From NCBI GenBank assembly GCA_016861205.1, contig BOKX01000001.1, positions 456,539 to 520,538 of the forward strand: a stretch of DNA of 64,000 nt, in the 5' to 3' direction. The notes beneath the pieces are model-generated. The model searched no databases. It saw only the letters and a list, made by a program, of their open reading frames with translations, and had not been told where the DNA came from. The translations under genes and the position numbers were made by a program. This stretch comes from Patescibacteria group bacterium. GTDB taxonomy: Bacteria > Patescibacteriota > Microgenomatia > UBA1400 > PJMF01. Positions 1 through 9,354 of the stretch are shown here, in pieces; positions within the stretch are counted from its first letter, which is position 1, and the number at the start of each line of letters is the position of its first letter.

Positions 1-2
1 GA

Positions 3-227
3 GTCGCGGTGATGTTTTCCGGCCAACCAGCTGTTCATATAGTAGTTGACGCCAACCCATATGACTTGGCGCCGGCCGCCCTGCTGTATCAGCAAGCGGG
101 TTGGGCTGTGTTCAACCAGCACGGCAAACCGTGGCGCGTCACCGACCGAGACTTGATCGTCTGCCACCCAGACCAAGTCACTGAGTTTCACAAGTTAGTA
201 GCAACTAGCTCCACCATCATGGTGTAA
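3..227 (+). CDS. Inositol monophosphatase-family protein, C-terminal part (5' truncated by window edge)
   Basis: Frame open from the window start; NPYDLAPAALLYQQAG resembles the IMPase C-terminal WDxAAxxxxxxEAGG motif. Confidence 0.5.
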   Translation, partial: VAVMFSGQPAVHIVVDANPYDLAPAALLYQQAGWAVFNQHGKPWRVTDRDLIVCHPDQVTEFHKLVATSSTIMV

Positions 228-235
228 AGGGAATC

Positions 236-769
236 ATGAAGTATATCGCCCTGCTGCGAGGCATCAACGTCGGTGGCAACAGCCTAGTTAGCATGAAACA
301 GCTGAAAGAGCTGTTCGAAACGCTGGGCTTGGAAGCAGTCCGCACCTACATCAACTCCGGCAACGTCCTGTTTGAGTCGAAACTGACCGCCGCCAAGCTC
401 AGCCCAAAAATCGAGGCCGCCATCGAGCACGAGTTCAAGTTCCCGGTCTCTGTGTTGGTCAAAAGCCAGCCCGAGATCGAGGCAATTGCCAAGGTCATTC
501 CCGACAACTGGCAGAATAACACCGAGATGAAAACCGACGTCATGTTCTTGTGGGCTGATGTTGATGATCGCTCAACGCTCAAACAGTTGCAGATCAAACC
601 TGAGCTCGACCACGTGACGTATGTGAAAGGGGCCATCATTTGGCACGTGCTGCGCAAACACGTCTCCCGTAGCGGGCTGCTCAAAATCGTCGGCACGCCG
701 CTCTACAAAAAAATGACCATCCGCAACGTCAACACCTTCCGGAAACTGCAAAAAATGTTGGCGGAGTGA
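236..769 (+). CDS. DUF1697 family protein
   Basis: Family N-terminus YIALLRGINVGG, then VRTYINSGNVLF and C-terminal TIRNVNT. Confidence 0.9.
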   Translation: MKYIALLRGINVGGNSLVSMKQLKELFETLGLEAVRTYINSGNVLFESKLTAAKLSPKIEAAIEHEFKFPVSVLVKSQPEIEAIAKVIPDNWQNNTEMKTDVMFLWADVDDRSTLKQLQIKPELDHVTYVKGAIIWHVLRKHVSRSGLLKIVGTPLYKKMTIRNVNTFRKLQKMLAE

Positions 770-810
770 GCGGTGGTACAATCGCGGCAGTACTTCACTT
801 GCAAGAATGT

Positions 811-1404
811 ATGACAGAACAGAGACGAGACCGAAATATCAGAGAAATTGTTTCAGATTTGTATCTGCGCTCACACATGCCGGCCGCCTTATGGATGTGG
901 GAACATCATGTCCTGGTTGTTGCTGACAAAGCCTTGGAAATTGCCACGCATGAATTGGCTAACATAGAAAAATCTGTGTCTGCTGCGCTTCTTCATGATA
1001 TTGCTGACACTCAGGTGCTCAGGAATGACGTGACACACGAGCAAAAATCACAGGCACTTGCTAAAAACATTTTGGTACGTGGTGGCTTTACAGAGACAGA
1101 AGCTGAAGAGATTGTCACCACAATTATTGCCCCGCACTCGTGTTACCCTGAGAACATGCCGCAAACATTAGAGGCAAAAGTGGTCGCCACAGCTGATGCC
1201 TTTGGACATTTGGGCACGGATTTCTACTCACAAGTTAATCCCGAAAAACTCAGCCAATTTGGACTCAACATGAGTCAGGAACAGTATCGGCAATGGGTAC
1301 TCAAAAAAATTGAGAGAGACTTCAAGAACAAGATCTTTTTCGAAAAGATTAAAAGTGAGCTTCAACCCAGTTATGACGCAATTAAAGCTCGGTTTAACGA
1401 GTGA
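811..1404 (+). CDS. HD-domain metal-dependent phosphohydrolase
   Basis: H...ALLHDIAD...H...ATADA motif spacing; ATG 811 preferred to ORF-track 766; TGGTACAAT lies at 774-782. Confidence 0.8.
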   Translation: MTEQRRDRNIREIVSDLYLRSHMPAALWMWEHHVLVVADKALEIATHELANIEKSVSAALLHDIADTQVLRNDVTHEQKSQALAKNILVRGGFTETEAEEIVTTIIAPHSCYPENMPQTLEAKVVATADAFGHLGTDFYSQVNPEKLSQFGLNMSQEQYRQWVLKKIERDFKNKIFFEKIKSELQPSYDAIKARFNE

Positions 1405-1474
1405 CCCCATCCGGATTCGAACCGGAGTTACAGGGATGAGAACCCTGTGTCCTAGGCCTCTAGACGATGGGGCC
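1402..1474 (-). tRNA. tRNA-Glu (anticodon CTC), CCA not encoded
   Basis: Reverse complement GGCCCCATCGTCTAGAGGCCTAGGACACAGGGTTCTCATCCCTGTAACTCCGGTTCGAATCCGGATGGGGTCA; anticodon stem CAGGG/CCCTG; T-loop TTCGAAT. Confidence 0.97.
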
Positions 1475-1658
1475 GCCAGGGTTAGAATTATACCATGAGT
1501 TGGCGCTCAATGGCTCGTGGTATTACGAGGCAAGCTTGCATGAGCCGGTGTATGGAGATGCCTTTTTAGCACCCGAGAACACCTGCCAAGTGAGCACTTG
1601 TATTCCCCCTAGGCACCACTCTATACTGTACCTACTACCGCTATACATGGAGGCAGAC

Positions 1659-2147
1659 ATGCAAAAAATCGTAGACATGATGATGGACAAAAAAGCCGTC
1701 GATTTTGTGGCCAAAGTTGAAGATCTCTTTAAGAGTCTCCCTCACTTGCCAGCTGGCATTGTGGAGTTCTTTGTGAAGATTGCACCTTGGTTGGCATTGA
1801 TCGGCGCGGTGCTCAGTTTACTGGCTGGACCAATCTTGGGCCTGCTCAGTGTCTTCTCACTCTTGACGCTCAACCCACTGATCGTCCTGTCAGTCTTGCT
1901 GGCCGCTGTGATTAGTATCGTTACCGCCGTCATGCTGTTCATGGCCTTCAACCCGCTCAAGAATCGCGAGTACAAGGGCTGGTTGCTGATCTTCTGGAGT
2001 GACGTGCTGAGCGCGATCATGATGATCTTCGACGTCATCGTCAACCGTGGCGCTGGCTTAGGCAGCATCGTGTTCACGCTGATTGGGTTCTACATCTTGT
2101 TTGAGATGAAACCTGCTTACAGCAGCAAAAAAGGCCTTAAAGGCTAG
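1659..2147 (+). CDS. Conserved multi-pass membrane protein
   Basis: About four hydrophobic helices; GGAGG just upstream of ATG 1659; the ORF-track extension to 1467 overlaps the tRNA and is unlikely. Confidence 0.7.
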   Translation: MQKIVDMMMDKKAVDFVAKVEDLFKSLPHLPAGIVEFFVKIAPWLALIGAVLSLLAGPILGLLSVFSLLTLNPLIVLSVLLAAVISIVTAVMLFMAFNPLKNREYKGWLLIFWSDVLSAIMMIFDVIVNRGAGLGSIVFTLIGFYILFEMKPAYSSKKGLKG

Positions 2148-2745
2148 GCTGGGCTCGAACAGCCAGCCACTCTGGTTTCGTTAATGGATGTTGGGTCATG
2201 AGCACCACCGATTCGTCGAGGGTGCTCAACCAACCTGGCACCGCCTCTGCGGCTAATGTTCGCACTTCAATCACCTGATAGCTGTACCAAGCGTTGTTGC
2301 TCCCAAGCAAGCTCAAGGTCTCACCTGGCCGCACTAGATCAAGGTTGCCAAATTGGTGTGGCGTCGCCATCCCTACAATCACCACCGGTCGTGGCTCACC
2401 CAAGTGAGCTGAGCCTTGCCAATACTGCAAGGTAGGTGTTTGTTCCCACCAGGCTGGAAAAAGGCTGGCCGTCTCAGCCAACCACCAACTTTGACTCAGG
2501 CTGTCAACCATGACTTGTTTTGGCACCACATCAGTCACGAACGGTGACTCGGGCAAAGTAGCCTGAACACGACTAGGCGCTGCAAAGACTGTGATTCCCA
2601 GACCAACTCCCAAGCCCAAACCCATGGCAGCAGACCAGACCCAGCGAGCAGCTAACCGCCACTCTGGCAGCTCCAACTTACCGACCAACTTCCACCGACC
2701 ACGGCGGCCGGGGGATTTGAAGACTTTAATTTTTGAATCAATCAC
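2137..2745 (-). CDS. Sortase-fold protein with degenerate catalytic triad
   Basis: N-terminal TM, then sortase pattern GSAHLGEPRPVVIVGM..FGNLDLVRPGE..YSYQVIEV..VVLMTQ..WLAVRA; His/Cys/Arg positions read Met/Gln/Trp. Confidence 0.7.
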   Translation of the reverse strand: MIDSKIKVFKSPGRRGRWKLVGKLELPEWRLAARWVWSAAMGLGLGVGLGITVFAAPSRVQATLPESPFVTDVVPKQVMVDSLSQSWWLAETASLFPAWWEQTPTLQYWQGSAHLGEPRPVVIVGMATPHQFGNLDLVRPGETLSLLGSNNAWYSYQVIEVRTLAAEAVPGWLSTLDESVVLMTQHPLTKPEWLAVRAQPSL

Positions 2746-2783
2746 GAGCTTATTATATCAATTTAGGTCGTCTATAATGGGGT
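2746..2783. promoter_or_regulatory. Back-to-back -10 promoters for two leaderless or near-leaderless genes
   Basis: Minus TGATATAAT (2760-2752) is 6 nt before GTG 2745; plus TATAAT (2773-2778) is 5 nt before ATG 2784. Confidence 0.6.
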
Positions 2784-3908
2784 ATGGCACGATTTCGCTG
2801 GTTACTACCTGTCCTGTTAACCGCATTGGTTACCATCCCCGCCACGACTTGGCTGACGTTGAATTGGTCAACGCTGACTAGCTCCAGTGACGGCTTGATC
2901 TCCCCACTAACCCCTCGGACTGAAGTTCCCAAGCCCCTCAACGCCTACCGCATCTCCACCTTGGCTGACCGGCAGTACGCTGGCCAACCGATCAAGTTGG
3001 TAGAACTGCAGAGCGAAACCCCAGAAGTCAAAACCTACGTCTACACGATGAGCACGCTGGGCAAAACTATGTCCGGCCAGCTCAACATTCCGGTCAGTGT
3101 CCTTGAAAGCACCGAGCCAACTCCAGCTATCCTGATGCTGCGTGGATATGTGCCTCCGGAAATCTTTAAAACGGGCGTCGGCACCAAAAATGCTGCCGCG
3201 GCCCTCGCTCAAGCTGGCTACATTACGGTCGCCCCAGACTTTTTTGGCTATGGCCTGAGTGACCCCGAACCAGCCGACAGCTGGCAAGCTAGATTTGAGA
3301 AGCCGATTATCGCGGCTGAGCATCTCGCCAGCCTCACAACCTACGGTATTCCCGTTGATCTGACCTCAGCCCAGCGACATGACATCTCGGCCTTAGGTAT
3401 CTGGGCACATAGCAACGGTGGCCAGATTGCGCTCACCACCCTCGAGATCCTGGGCCAACCCATCCCCACCACACTCTGGGCACCGGTCACAGTCCCATTT
3501 CCCTACTCGATCTTGTTCTTCAGCGACGAAAACGATGACGAAGGCAAAGCCATGCGGCTCTGGGTCAGTCAGTTTGAAGCTGACTACGACGTGTTCGCGT
3601 TCAGTTTGACCAAACACCTCGATCGCCTCACAGGCCCCATCCAACTCCACCACGGCACCGCTGATGAAGCTGCTCTCAAGGTCTGGAGTGATGAGTTTGC
3701 AGCCAAAGTGGCAGCTGAAAATGACCGCCGCCAAGAAGTTATCAAGGATCAAGCCACCGCTACCGACGCCGCCACGGTGACTGCTACACCTTTACCAAAG
3801 ATTGATCTCAAGTACTTCACCTACCCCGGCGCAGATCACAACCTGCAACCCAGTTGGAACACGGCTATGCAACGAGACGTGAGTTTCTTTGACCAACACT
3901 TGCAGTAG
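2784..3908 (+). CDS. Membrane-anchored alpha/beta hydrolase (S9/dienelactone-hydrolase-like)
   Basis: N-terminal anchor; APDFFGYGLSD; nucleophile elbow WAHSNGG; HHGTADE; YPGADHN. Confidence 0.85.
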   Translation: MARFRWLLPVLLTALVTIPATTWLTLNWSTLTSSSDGLISPLTPRTEVPKPLNAYRISTLADRQYAGQPIKLVELQSETPEVKTYVYTMSTLGKTMSGQLNIPVSVLESTEPTPAILMLRGYVPPEIFKTGVGTKNAAAALAQAGYITVAPDFFGYGLSDPEPADSWQARFEKPIIAAEHLASLTTYGIPVDLTSAQRHDISALGIWAHSNGGQIALTTLEILGQPIPTTLWAPVTVPFPYSILFFSDENDDEGKAMRLWVSQFEADYDVFAFSLTKHLDRLTGPIQLHHGTADEAALKVWSDEFAAKVAAENDRRQEVIKDQATATDAATVTATPLPKIDLKYFTYPGADHNLQPSWNTAMQRDVSFFDQHLQ

Positions 3909-3942
3909 GCCCAACAACTACTCACAGCAAGCTAGGCGAGCG

Positions 3943-5229
3943 CTACGTTACTATCGACCAGTCAGTCAATTTGTAGCCGCGGGAAATGATAGTCACAACT
4001 TGATATGGGTATCGCTCGGTGCCAAGTTTGTTCCGCAGCCGTGCCACCAACCGATCGAGTGCCCAGTCGGTCACGCCCAGCTCAACCTGATCAGGCCAGA
4101 CGGCCTCGATGATCTCGTCGCGTTCCACCACTTCATTAAATCGTGAGTTCAACAGATCAAACAGCAGTTGCTCTTTGCGCGTCAAATCTTTGACCGGCCC
4201 GTGCGCCGTTTGCGTCACAAACGGTCCTACTGCCTCGGCAAACAGTGGGCTAAAAAAACGCTGCTCGCTAGTCACCAAGCCAGTTGCCAATAAGTAATCG
4301 GGAATCTCGGTCAGCTTTTTGTGGTGGTGCAGATGCGCCACGGCTTGTCGCTCTACCGGTGTCAAACTAGTCAAAATTTCTTCTGACAACAACTTAATCT
4401 CGTCGTCACTCGCTAACACTTTGCGCAAATCTGGTTCGTTATCTGGAATTTTTTCAAGACTCTTCAGCTTCAACAAACTTAAGTGCAAGTACTGGGCGTG
4501 GCCACCACAAAGCTTAATGACTAGTTGACTGACTTTGGGCGTTAACTTAAGTTCGTACCGCTCACTAAAGGTCTGCAACATCATCTGCACGTCGGCGTCT
4601 TTGGCTGGCAGCAGGTACATGTCTCGGGCAAACACTGATAGTGCTGACTTGGTGAAAACATCCGGTGATAACTCGTAGAGTGGTCGGAAACTGGTGAAAA
4701 TGTAGGCCACCGCTGGGCCACCCGTGTCCTTGATAACCTGCAAGTTAGCAAATAGTTCAGGCGTCAAACCTTTACTGAGCCGATCAAATCGCATGAAAAC
4801 CAAGACCAGGAACAAGCCTTCAGCAGCCACCATGGTCACCAACTTCTGGACACAATCAAGCGTAAAGAACGTGTCACTGAGCTGAATGCTGTCCGCGAAT
4901 AACCGCTCCGCTTTCTGCTTCACGGCCGGTGAAACCTGGCTGGCTTCGACACTGTCTACCAGTCGTTTGAGGGTTAAGGTCCAAAATGCATGGAGTGACA
5001 ACTCCACTAAGTTGTTCAAATCAACCTGGACCCACAGCAGTGGCCCATTCTTAATGTAGGTGTCTGGCACCTCTGGCTGACTCATGAAAAAACGGAGGAA
5101 GTTGCTGATACCCACCCGCTTCATCCCGAGCAGCACCACGGAGTGGTGATGTCGCAAGTGATCGCCCAGTTCTTTGGCAGCCTTGGCCCGAAACTCGATC
5201 GGGTAGCTCGCTTCGCTGTGGCTCAGCAT
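3943..5229 (-). CDS. Degenerate P-loop (STAND-like) domain fused to a C-terminal OmpR/PhoB-type winged helix; putative regulator
   Basis: C-terminal LTRKEQLLFDLL..VVERDEIIEAVWP..ALDRLVARLRNKL..TIISRGYKL; Walker-A-like GMKRVGIS; start 5229 follows TACAAT. Confidence 0.8.
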   Translation of the reverse strand: MLSHSEASYPIEFRAKAAKELGDHLRHHHSVVLLGMKRVGISNFLRFFMSQPEVPDTYIKNGPLLWVQVDLNNLVELSLHAFWTLTLKRLVDSVEASQVSPAVKQKAERLFADSIQLSDTFFTLDCVQKLVTMVAAEGLFLVLVFMRFDRLSKGLTPELFANLQVIKDTGGPAVAYIFTSFRPLYELSPDVFTKSALSVFARDMYLLPAKDADVQMMLQTFSERYELKLTPKVSQLVIKLCGGHAQYLHLSLLKLKSLEKIPDNEPDLRKVLASDDEIKLLSEEILTSLTPVERQAVAHLHHHKKLTEIPDYLLATGLVTSEQRFFSPLFAEAVGPFVTQTAHGPVKDLTRKEQLLFDLLNSRFNEVVERDEIIEAVWPDQVELGVTDWALDRLVARLRNKLGTERYPYQVVTIISRGYKLTDWSIVT

Positions 5230-5305
5230 GGTCAGGATTGTACGGCGAAACGCCTCACAACTCAAGACGCCAGGCTTGTCAGGTCGGTGTCAGGTGGTGG
5301 TCGGG

Positions 5306-6427
5306 CTAGCTTGGTTTGGCAGTCCCAGCCTCAAGCAGTGAACCACGTCGGTAACCCTCGATCTTCTCGATCTTGCGCTCCATCTGGCGGACACGGGTGC
5401 CGGTAATGTCCTCGTAATCACTTTGCAGGGTTTGCAGACTTTTGCCGTACTTGGAAAACTTATCCTTAAACTTCTGCCACTCACCGACAAACTCATCGAC
5501 ATAGGTAATGACCTCTTTGAGTTTGTCACCGATCATGAAGTTGCGGTAACTCTCCATCACTGTCCGGGCTACGATCAAAAAGGTAAACGGCGACACGATC
5601 AAAACTCGCTTGGCAATGGCTTCATCAACTAATTCTGGGAAGCGTTGATTAATAAACGAGAACACCATCTCATTGGGCACAAACAAAATGGCGTAGTCGA
5701 GCGTTTGCTGGGCCGGATCGATGTAACCAGCCACTTTGGTAATTTTGGTTTTAAGGTCCAGTGAAAACTGTTTCACAAAGGCTTCTTTTTCTGCCTTGGT
5801 GGCGGCGTTCGCCATCTTCTGAATAGCAGCATACGGGAACTTAACATCTACCGGGACGTTGCGCTGATTGGGCAGTAACAGCGTGATGTCTGGCCGCAAA
5901 CCACCGGTTAGTTGTTGGGTTTGTCGAACGTAGTGGACGCCTTCCATCAGACCATTGGCTTGCAAGAGATCTTCGATAATTCGCTCGCCCCACTCCCCGC
6001 GCTGCTGGTTATTGGACAAGACACTTGAGAGCTGTCGTGTGGAAATATTGAGCTCCTCTGTCAGCTTGCGATGCTCACCCAGTTGCCCAACTAACTCGGT
6101 AAACTTCTTGGTGCGATCTTGCTCTAAGAGACGAATTTCGTCTTGGCGAGTTTTGACATCGTCCTTGAGTTCCTTGACGAGCCGCTCCAGCATCTTTTGC
6201 TTGTTGTCCAGATCAATGCGGATTGCATCTTTTTCACTACCCAAAATCTGCTTGCTTTGCTCGGCAATTTTTTGTGCACTCAAACCAAAAGCTTGGTTCA
6301 CCATCGCCTCGAGATTTTGGGGGTTCTGAGCTTTGTGTAAGGCTTGATAGATCAAGATATACAAGCCCACAAATCCCAAAATTAAGGTAATAACCAGCGC
6401 TAAACCGATAAAGACTGCAAAAGACAT
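5306..6427 (-). CDS. rmuC: DNA recombination protein RmuC
   Basis: N-terminal TM and coiled coil; RGEWGE, RPDITLLLP, VDVKFP, TLDYAILFVPNE, VSP motifs. Confidence 0.93.
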   Translation of the reverse strand: MSFAVFIGLALVITLILGFVGLYILIYQALHKAQNPQNLEAMVNQAFGLSAQKIAEQSKQILGSEKDAIRIDLDNKQKMLERLVKELKDDVKTRQDEIRLLEQDRTKKFTELVGQLGEHRKLTEELNISTRQLSSVLSNNQQRGEWGERIIEDLLQANGLMEGVHYVRQTQQLTGGLRPDITLLLPNQRNVPVDVKFPYAAIQKMANAATKAEKEAFVKQFSLDLKTKITKVAGYIDPAQQTLDYAILFVPNEMVFSFINQRFPELVDEAIAKRVLIVSPFTFLIVARTVMESYRNFMIGDKLKEVITYVDEFVGEWQKFKDKFSKYGKSLQTLQSDYEDITGTRVRQMERKIEKIEGYRRGSLLEAGTAKPS

Positions 6428-6476
6428 AGCAGACCAGAGTATACTGGAAATACACCTAGCTTGTACACGTTGAATC

Positions 6477-6992
6477 ATGTCCGAATCATCACCGCCCACC
6501 AAAGCTCGCTCCCGGCTCCGACCCGATTTCCAACTGCCGAGTTTTCAGCCTGCAGCTCAGCACCAGACTTCGATAGGCCAAACCGCAACGACCACTTCGC
6601 ATCGACATTCACAGACACAAAAGCGGCACTGGCAACCCAATTGGTTGGCGCTCGCTATCAGCGTACCTGGTTGGTTTGGCGTAGGCTGGATCATGACGCA
6701 AGTCGCACCCGACACCATCCGCAACTGGCTCATTCCCGATAGTTATGTACCACTGCTACTTTGCTGGGGGTGGGGTTGGTGGTGGTTGTTTTCGGGCATA
6801 ATCAAAGTTCGCCATACCGCCACTTGGCTGACTGTAACACTCCAAGCTTTACTCTGGCTCAAGCTTCATCAGGTACAACTGACGGTGTGGGTGTGGTTGG
6901 GGCTGGCCGGGCTGGGCGTGTTCGCCGAAGTTTTGTGGCACGTCACGCACTTCCGACGTCAAAAACCGCCGGCCGAGCTACCTACCAAGTAG
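6477..6992 (+). CDS. Hypothetical membrane protein
   Basis: Disordered N-terminus followed by about four Trp-rich hydrophobic segments. Confidence 0.6.
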   Translation: MSESSPPTKARSRLRPDFQLPSFQPAAQHQTSIGQTATTTSHRHSQTQKRHWQPNWLALAISVPGWFGVGWIMTQVAPDTIRNWLIPDSYVPLLLCWGWGWWWLFSGIIKVRHTATWLTVTLQALLWLKLHQVQLTVWVWLGLAGLGVFAEVLWHVTHFRRQKPPAELPTK

Positions 6993-7052
6993 GGCCGTCC
7001 CTGACAATTTTGTCTGGCACGAACCACCTAGTTCCAGGTATAATCACCCCGA

Positions 7053-8522
7053 ATGAAACCAACCTACTTTTTAAGCACCGCTATTCCTTACATCAACGCC
7101 AAGCCACACTTGGGACACGTGTTGGAGTGGATGCAAGCCGATGCTATGGCTCGCTACCAACGCCTCCTCGGCAAAGACGTGGTGTTCGTGTCTGGCTCTG
7201 ATGAAAATAGTTTGAAAAACGTCCGGGCCGCTGAAAAAGCCGGTGTTGATACCCAAGCTTGGCTTGATGAGTACGCAGCCGAGTTCAAAGCCGCCTACGC
7301 TGAGTTCGGGATTGAACTAGATGCCTTCCGACGCAGCAGTGACCAAACCCACCACTGGCCTGGCGTTCAAGAGCTGTGGCGACGGTGTGATGCCAGCGGG
7401 GCTATTTACAAAAAAACCTACCAAGGCTTGTACTGTGTGGGGTGCGAAGCTTTCTACACCCCTGACGAGCTCGTCGATGGTAAGTGTCCCGAACATCTGG
7501 TGGAGCCAGAAGTAGTGGAAGAGGAAAACTACTTTTTCAAGCTCTCAGCCTACCAAGACCAGATCAAAAGCCTGATTGAATCAAATGAACTGCGCATCAT
7601 TTCGGATCAGTTCCGACAAGAAATGTTGGGCTTTATCGACCAAGGACTCCAAGACTTTAGTATCTCCCGCTCTCAAGACCGCGCTCGGGGAGTTGGTGTC
7701 CCTGTCCCCAATGATGAAACCCAAGTCATGTACGTCTGGTTCGACGCCCTCGCTGTCTATATGACCTCGATCGGCTGGAACTTTGATGAAGCGAACTGGG
7801 GCCGCTACTGGCACCCAATCACCTCTGGTGCTGACCAAGACGAGATCGTGCATGTGATCGGCAAAGGCATCAATCGTTTCCATTCGGTGTACTGGATTGG
7901 CATGTTGTTGGCCGCCGGTTTACCAACCCCGACAACAGTCTCTGTCCATGGCTACATCACCGCCAACGGCCAAAAGATGAGCAAGAGTTTGGGCAACGTC
8001 ATTGACCCCTTTGAACTGGTGGCTCAGTACGGTCTGGAACCTGTACGTTACTATTTGCTCAAAGAAATCCCCACCCACAGTGATGGTGACTTTAACTATG
8101 ACAAGTTTGGCGAAGTCTACACCGCTGACTTGGCAAATGGCCTCGGCAACCTCTGTTCACGCGTCGCTAAACTGGCTGAAAAAGCTGGTGGCAACTGGGC
8201 GGCTTCACCCCAACTTGAGTTTGGGGCGGCTTTCAAAGACCAGCTGGCCGCTTGGCAACTCGACCACGCACTCAAATGGATCGTGGAACAGATCAGTCAA
8301 ACCGACCAGTTCTTGAGTGAAACGAAACCTTGGACCCAAACTGGTGAGGCTCAACGACAAACGTTGCAAACTGCCATTGACCGCATTCGAGTCATCGCGT
8401 TTCACCTGCAACCATTCCTGCCAGCCACTGCCGAAACCATCCTGCAGCACTTCGCTGGCCCCGAGTTACACGCGCTAACCCCACTCTTCCCGCGGTTAGC
8501 TGACCCAAAAGTCTCGAAGTAG
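7053..8522 (+). CDS. metG: Methionine--tRNA ligase (short form)
   Basis: PYINAKPHLGH (HIGH), zinc knuckle YCVGCE..CPEH, YVWFDAL, KMSKS. Confidence 0.97.
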   Translation: MKPTYFLSTAIPYINAKPHLGHVLEWMQADAMARYQRLLGKDVVFVSGSDENSLKNVRAAEKAGVDTQAWLDEYAAEFKAAYAEFGIELDAFRRSSDQTHHWPGVQELWRRCDASGAIYKKTYQGLYCVGCEAFYTPDELVDGKCPEHLVEPEVVEEENYFFKLSAYQDQIKSLIESNELRIISDQFRQEMLGFIDQGLQDFSISRSQDRARGVGVPVPNDETQVMYVWFDALAVYMTSIGWNFDEANWGRYWHPITSGADQDEIVHVIGKGINRFHSVYWIGMLLAAGLPTPTTVSVHGYITANGQKMSKSLGNVIDPFELVAQYGLEPVRYYLLKEIPTHSDGDFNYDKFGEVYTADLANGLGNLCSRVAKLAEKAGGNWAASPQLEFGAAFKDQLAAWQLDHALKWIVEQISQTDQFLSETKPWTQTGEAQRQTLQTAIDRIRVIAFHLQPFLPATAETILQHFAGPELHALTPLFPRLADPKVSK

Positions 8523-8529
8523 GTTACTC

Positions 8530-9339
8530 ATGCAGATCATTGATACCCACTGCCACTACAACTTAGAGCCACTTTGGCCAGAGTGGCAAAAACACTGGGT
8601 ATCTGCTCAAGCCAGCGGCGTTACGCACAGCGTGGTGGTCGGCACCAACGTAACCACTAGCCGGCAGGCTTTGGAGATTGCCGCCAGTGAAGCCAACCTC
8701 CGCGTGGCTGTCGGCATCCATCCGAGTGAGTACCAGGAGCAACTGGAAACACCAGCCACGTTTGATAATCAGCTGGTTTCTTTGTCTGAGATCGACACTT
8801 TGGCCAGCCAAGCCAAAGTGGTAGCAATCGGTGAAACCGGCCTCGACTACTATCGGCTGCCCGATGACCAAGCTCTCCAAACTCAAATCAAGGCTGCGCA
8901 ACAAGCGGCGTTTGAGGGTCACTTGGTGTTGGCCAAAAAACATGATTTACCAGTGATTGTGCATGTTCGTGACGTGGGAGAAGCGGCGTACTGGGACGTA
9001 CTGGCGTTGCTCAAAAAGCACTCACTCACCCAACCATTCATTCTGCACTGTGTCTCTGGTCCGATTGAGTATGTCAAACAAGCTCTTGATCTGGGTGCTT
9101 ACCTAGGTCTCGCGGGCAACCTGACGTACAAAACCGCCGACCACCTGCGATCGATTGCAAAAGTTGCCCCAGCCGACCGGCTGCTACTGGAAACAGATGC
9201 CCCATTTCTGCCACCAGTCCCGCATCGCGGCCAAACCTGTGAGCCATGGATGATCGCCAAAACGGCGCAGTTCTTGCAGACTGAACTCGGTCTCAACTTG
9301 GACCAACTACACGCTAATAGTCAATTTCTTCTGGATTAA
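8530..9339 (+). CDS. tatD: TatD family DNase
   Basis: DTHCH, GIHP, AIGETGLDY, HVRD, LLLETDAPFL; metG-tatD synteny. Confidence 0.95.
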   Translation: MQIIDTHCHYNLEPLWPEWQKHWVSAQASGVTHSVVVGTNVTTSRQALEIAASEANLRVAVGIHPSEYQEQLETPATFDNQLVSLSEIDTLASQAKVVAIGETGLDYYRLPDDQALQTQIKAAQQAAFEGHLVLAKKHDLPVIVHVRDVGEAAYWDVLALLKKHSLTQPFILHCVSGPIEYVKQALDLGAYLGLAGNLTYKTADHLRSIAKVAPADRLLLETDAPFLPPVPHRGQTCEPWMIAKTAQFLQTELGLNLDQLHANSQFLLD

Positions 9340-9354
9340 GATACAATTGAACCC

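Noticed and set aside
1310-1498. 62-aa ORF and the 1467 extension of the membrane protein
   Set aside because: These are antisense readings of tRNA-Glu; a better SD-led start exists at 1659.
1490-1612. Short palindromes upstream of tRNA-Glu (ATACCATGAG/CTCGTGGTAT, CAAGTGAGCACTTG)
   Set aside because: They are short or imperfect and compatible with chance; no second copy was found.
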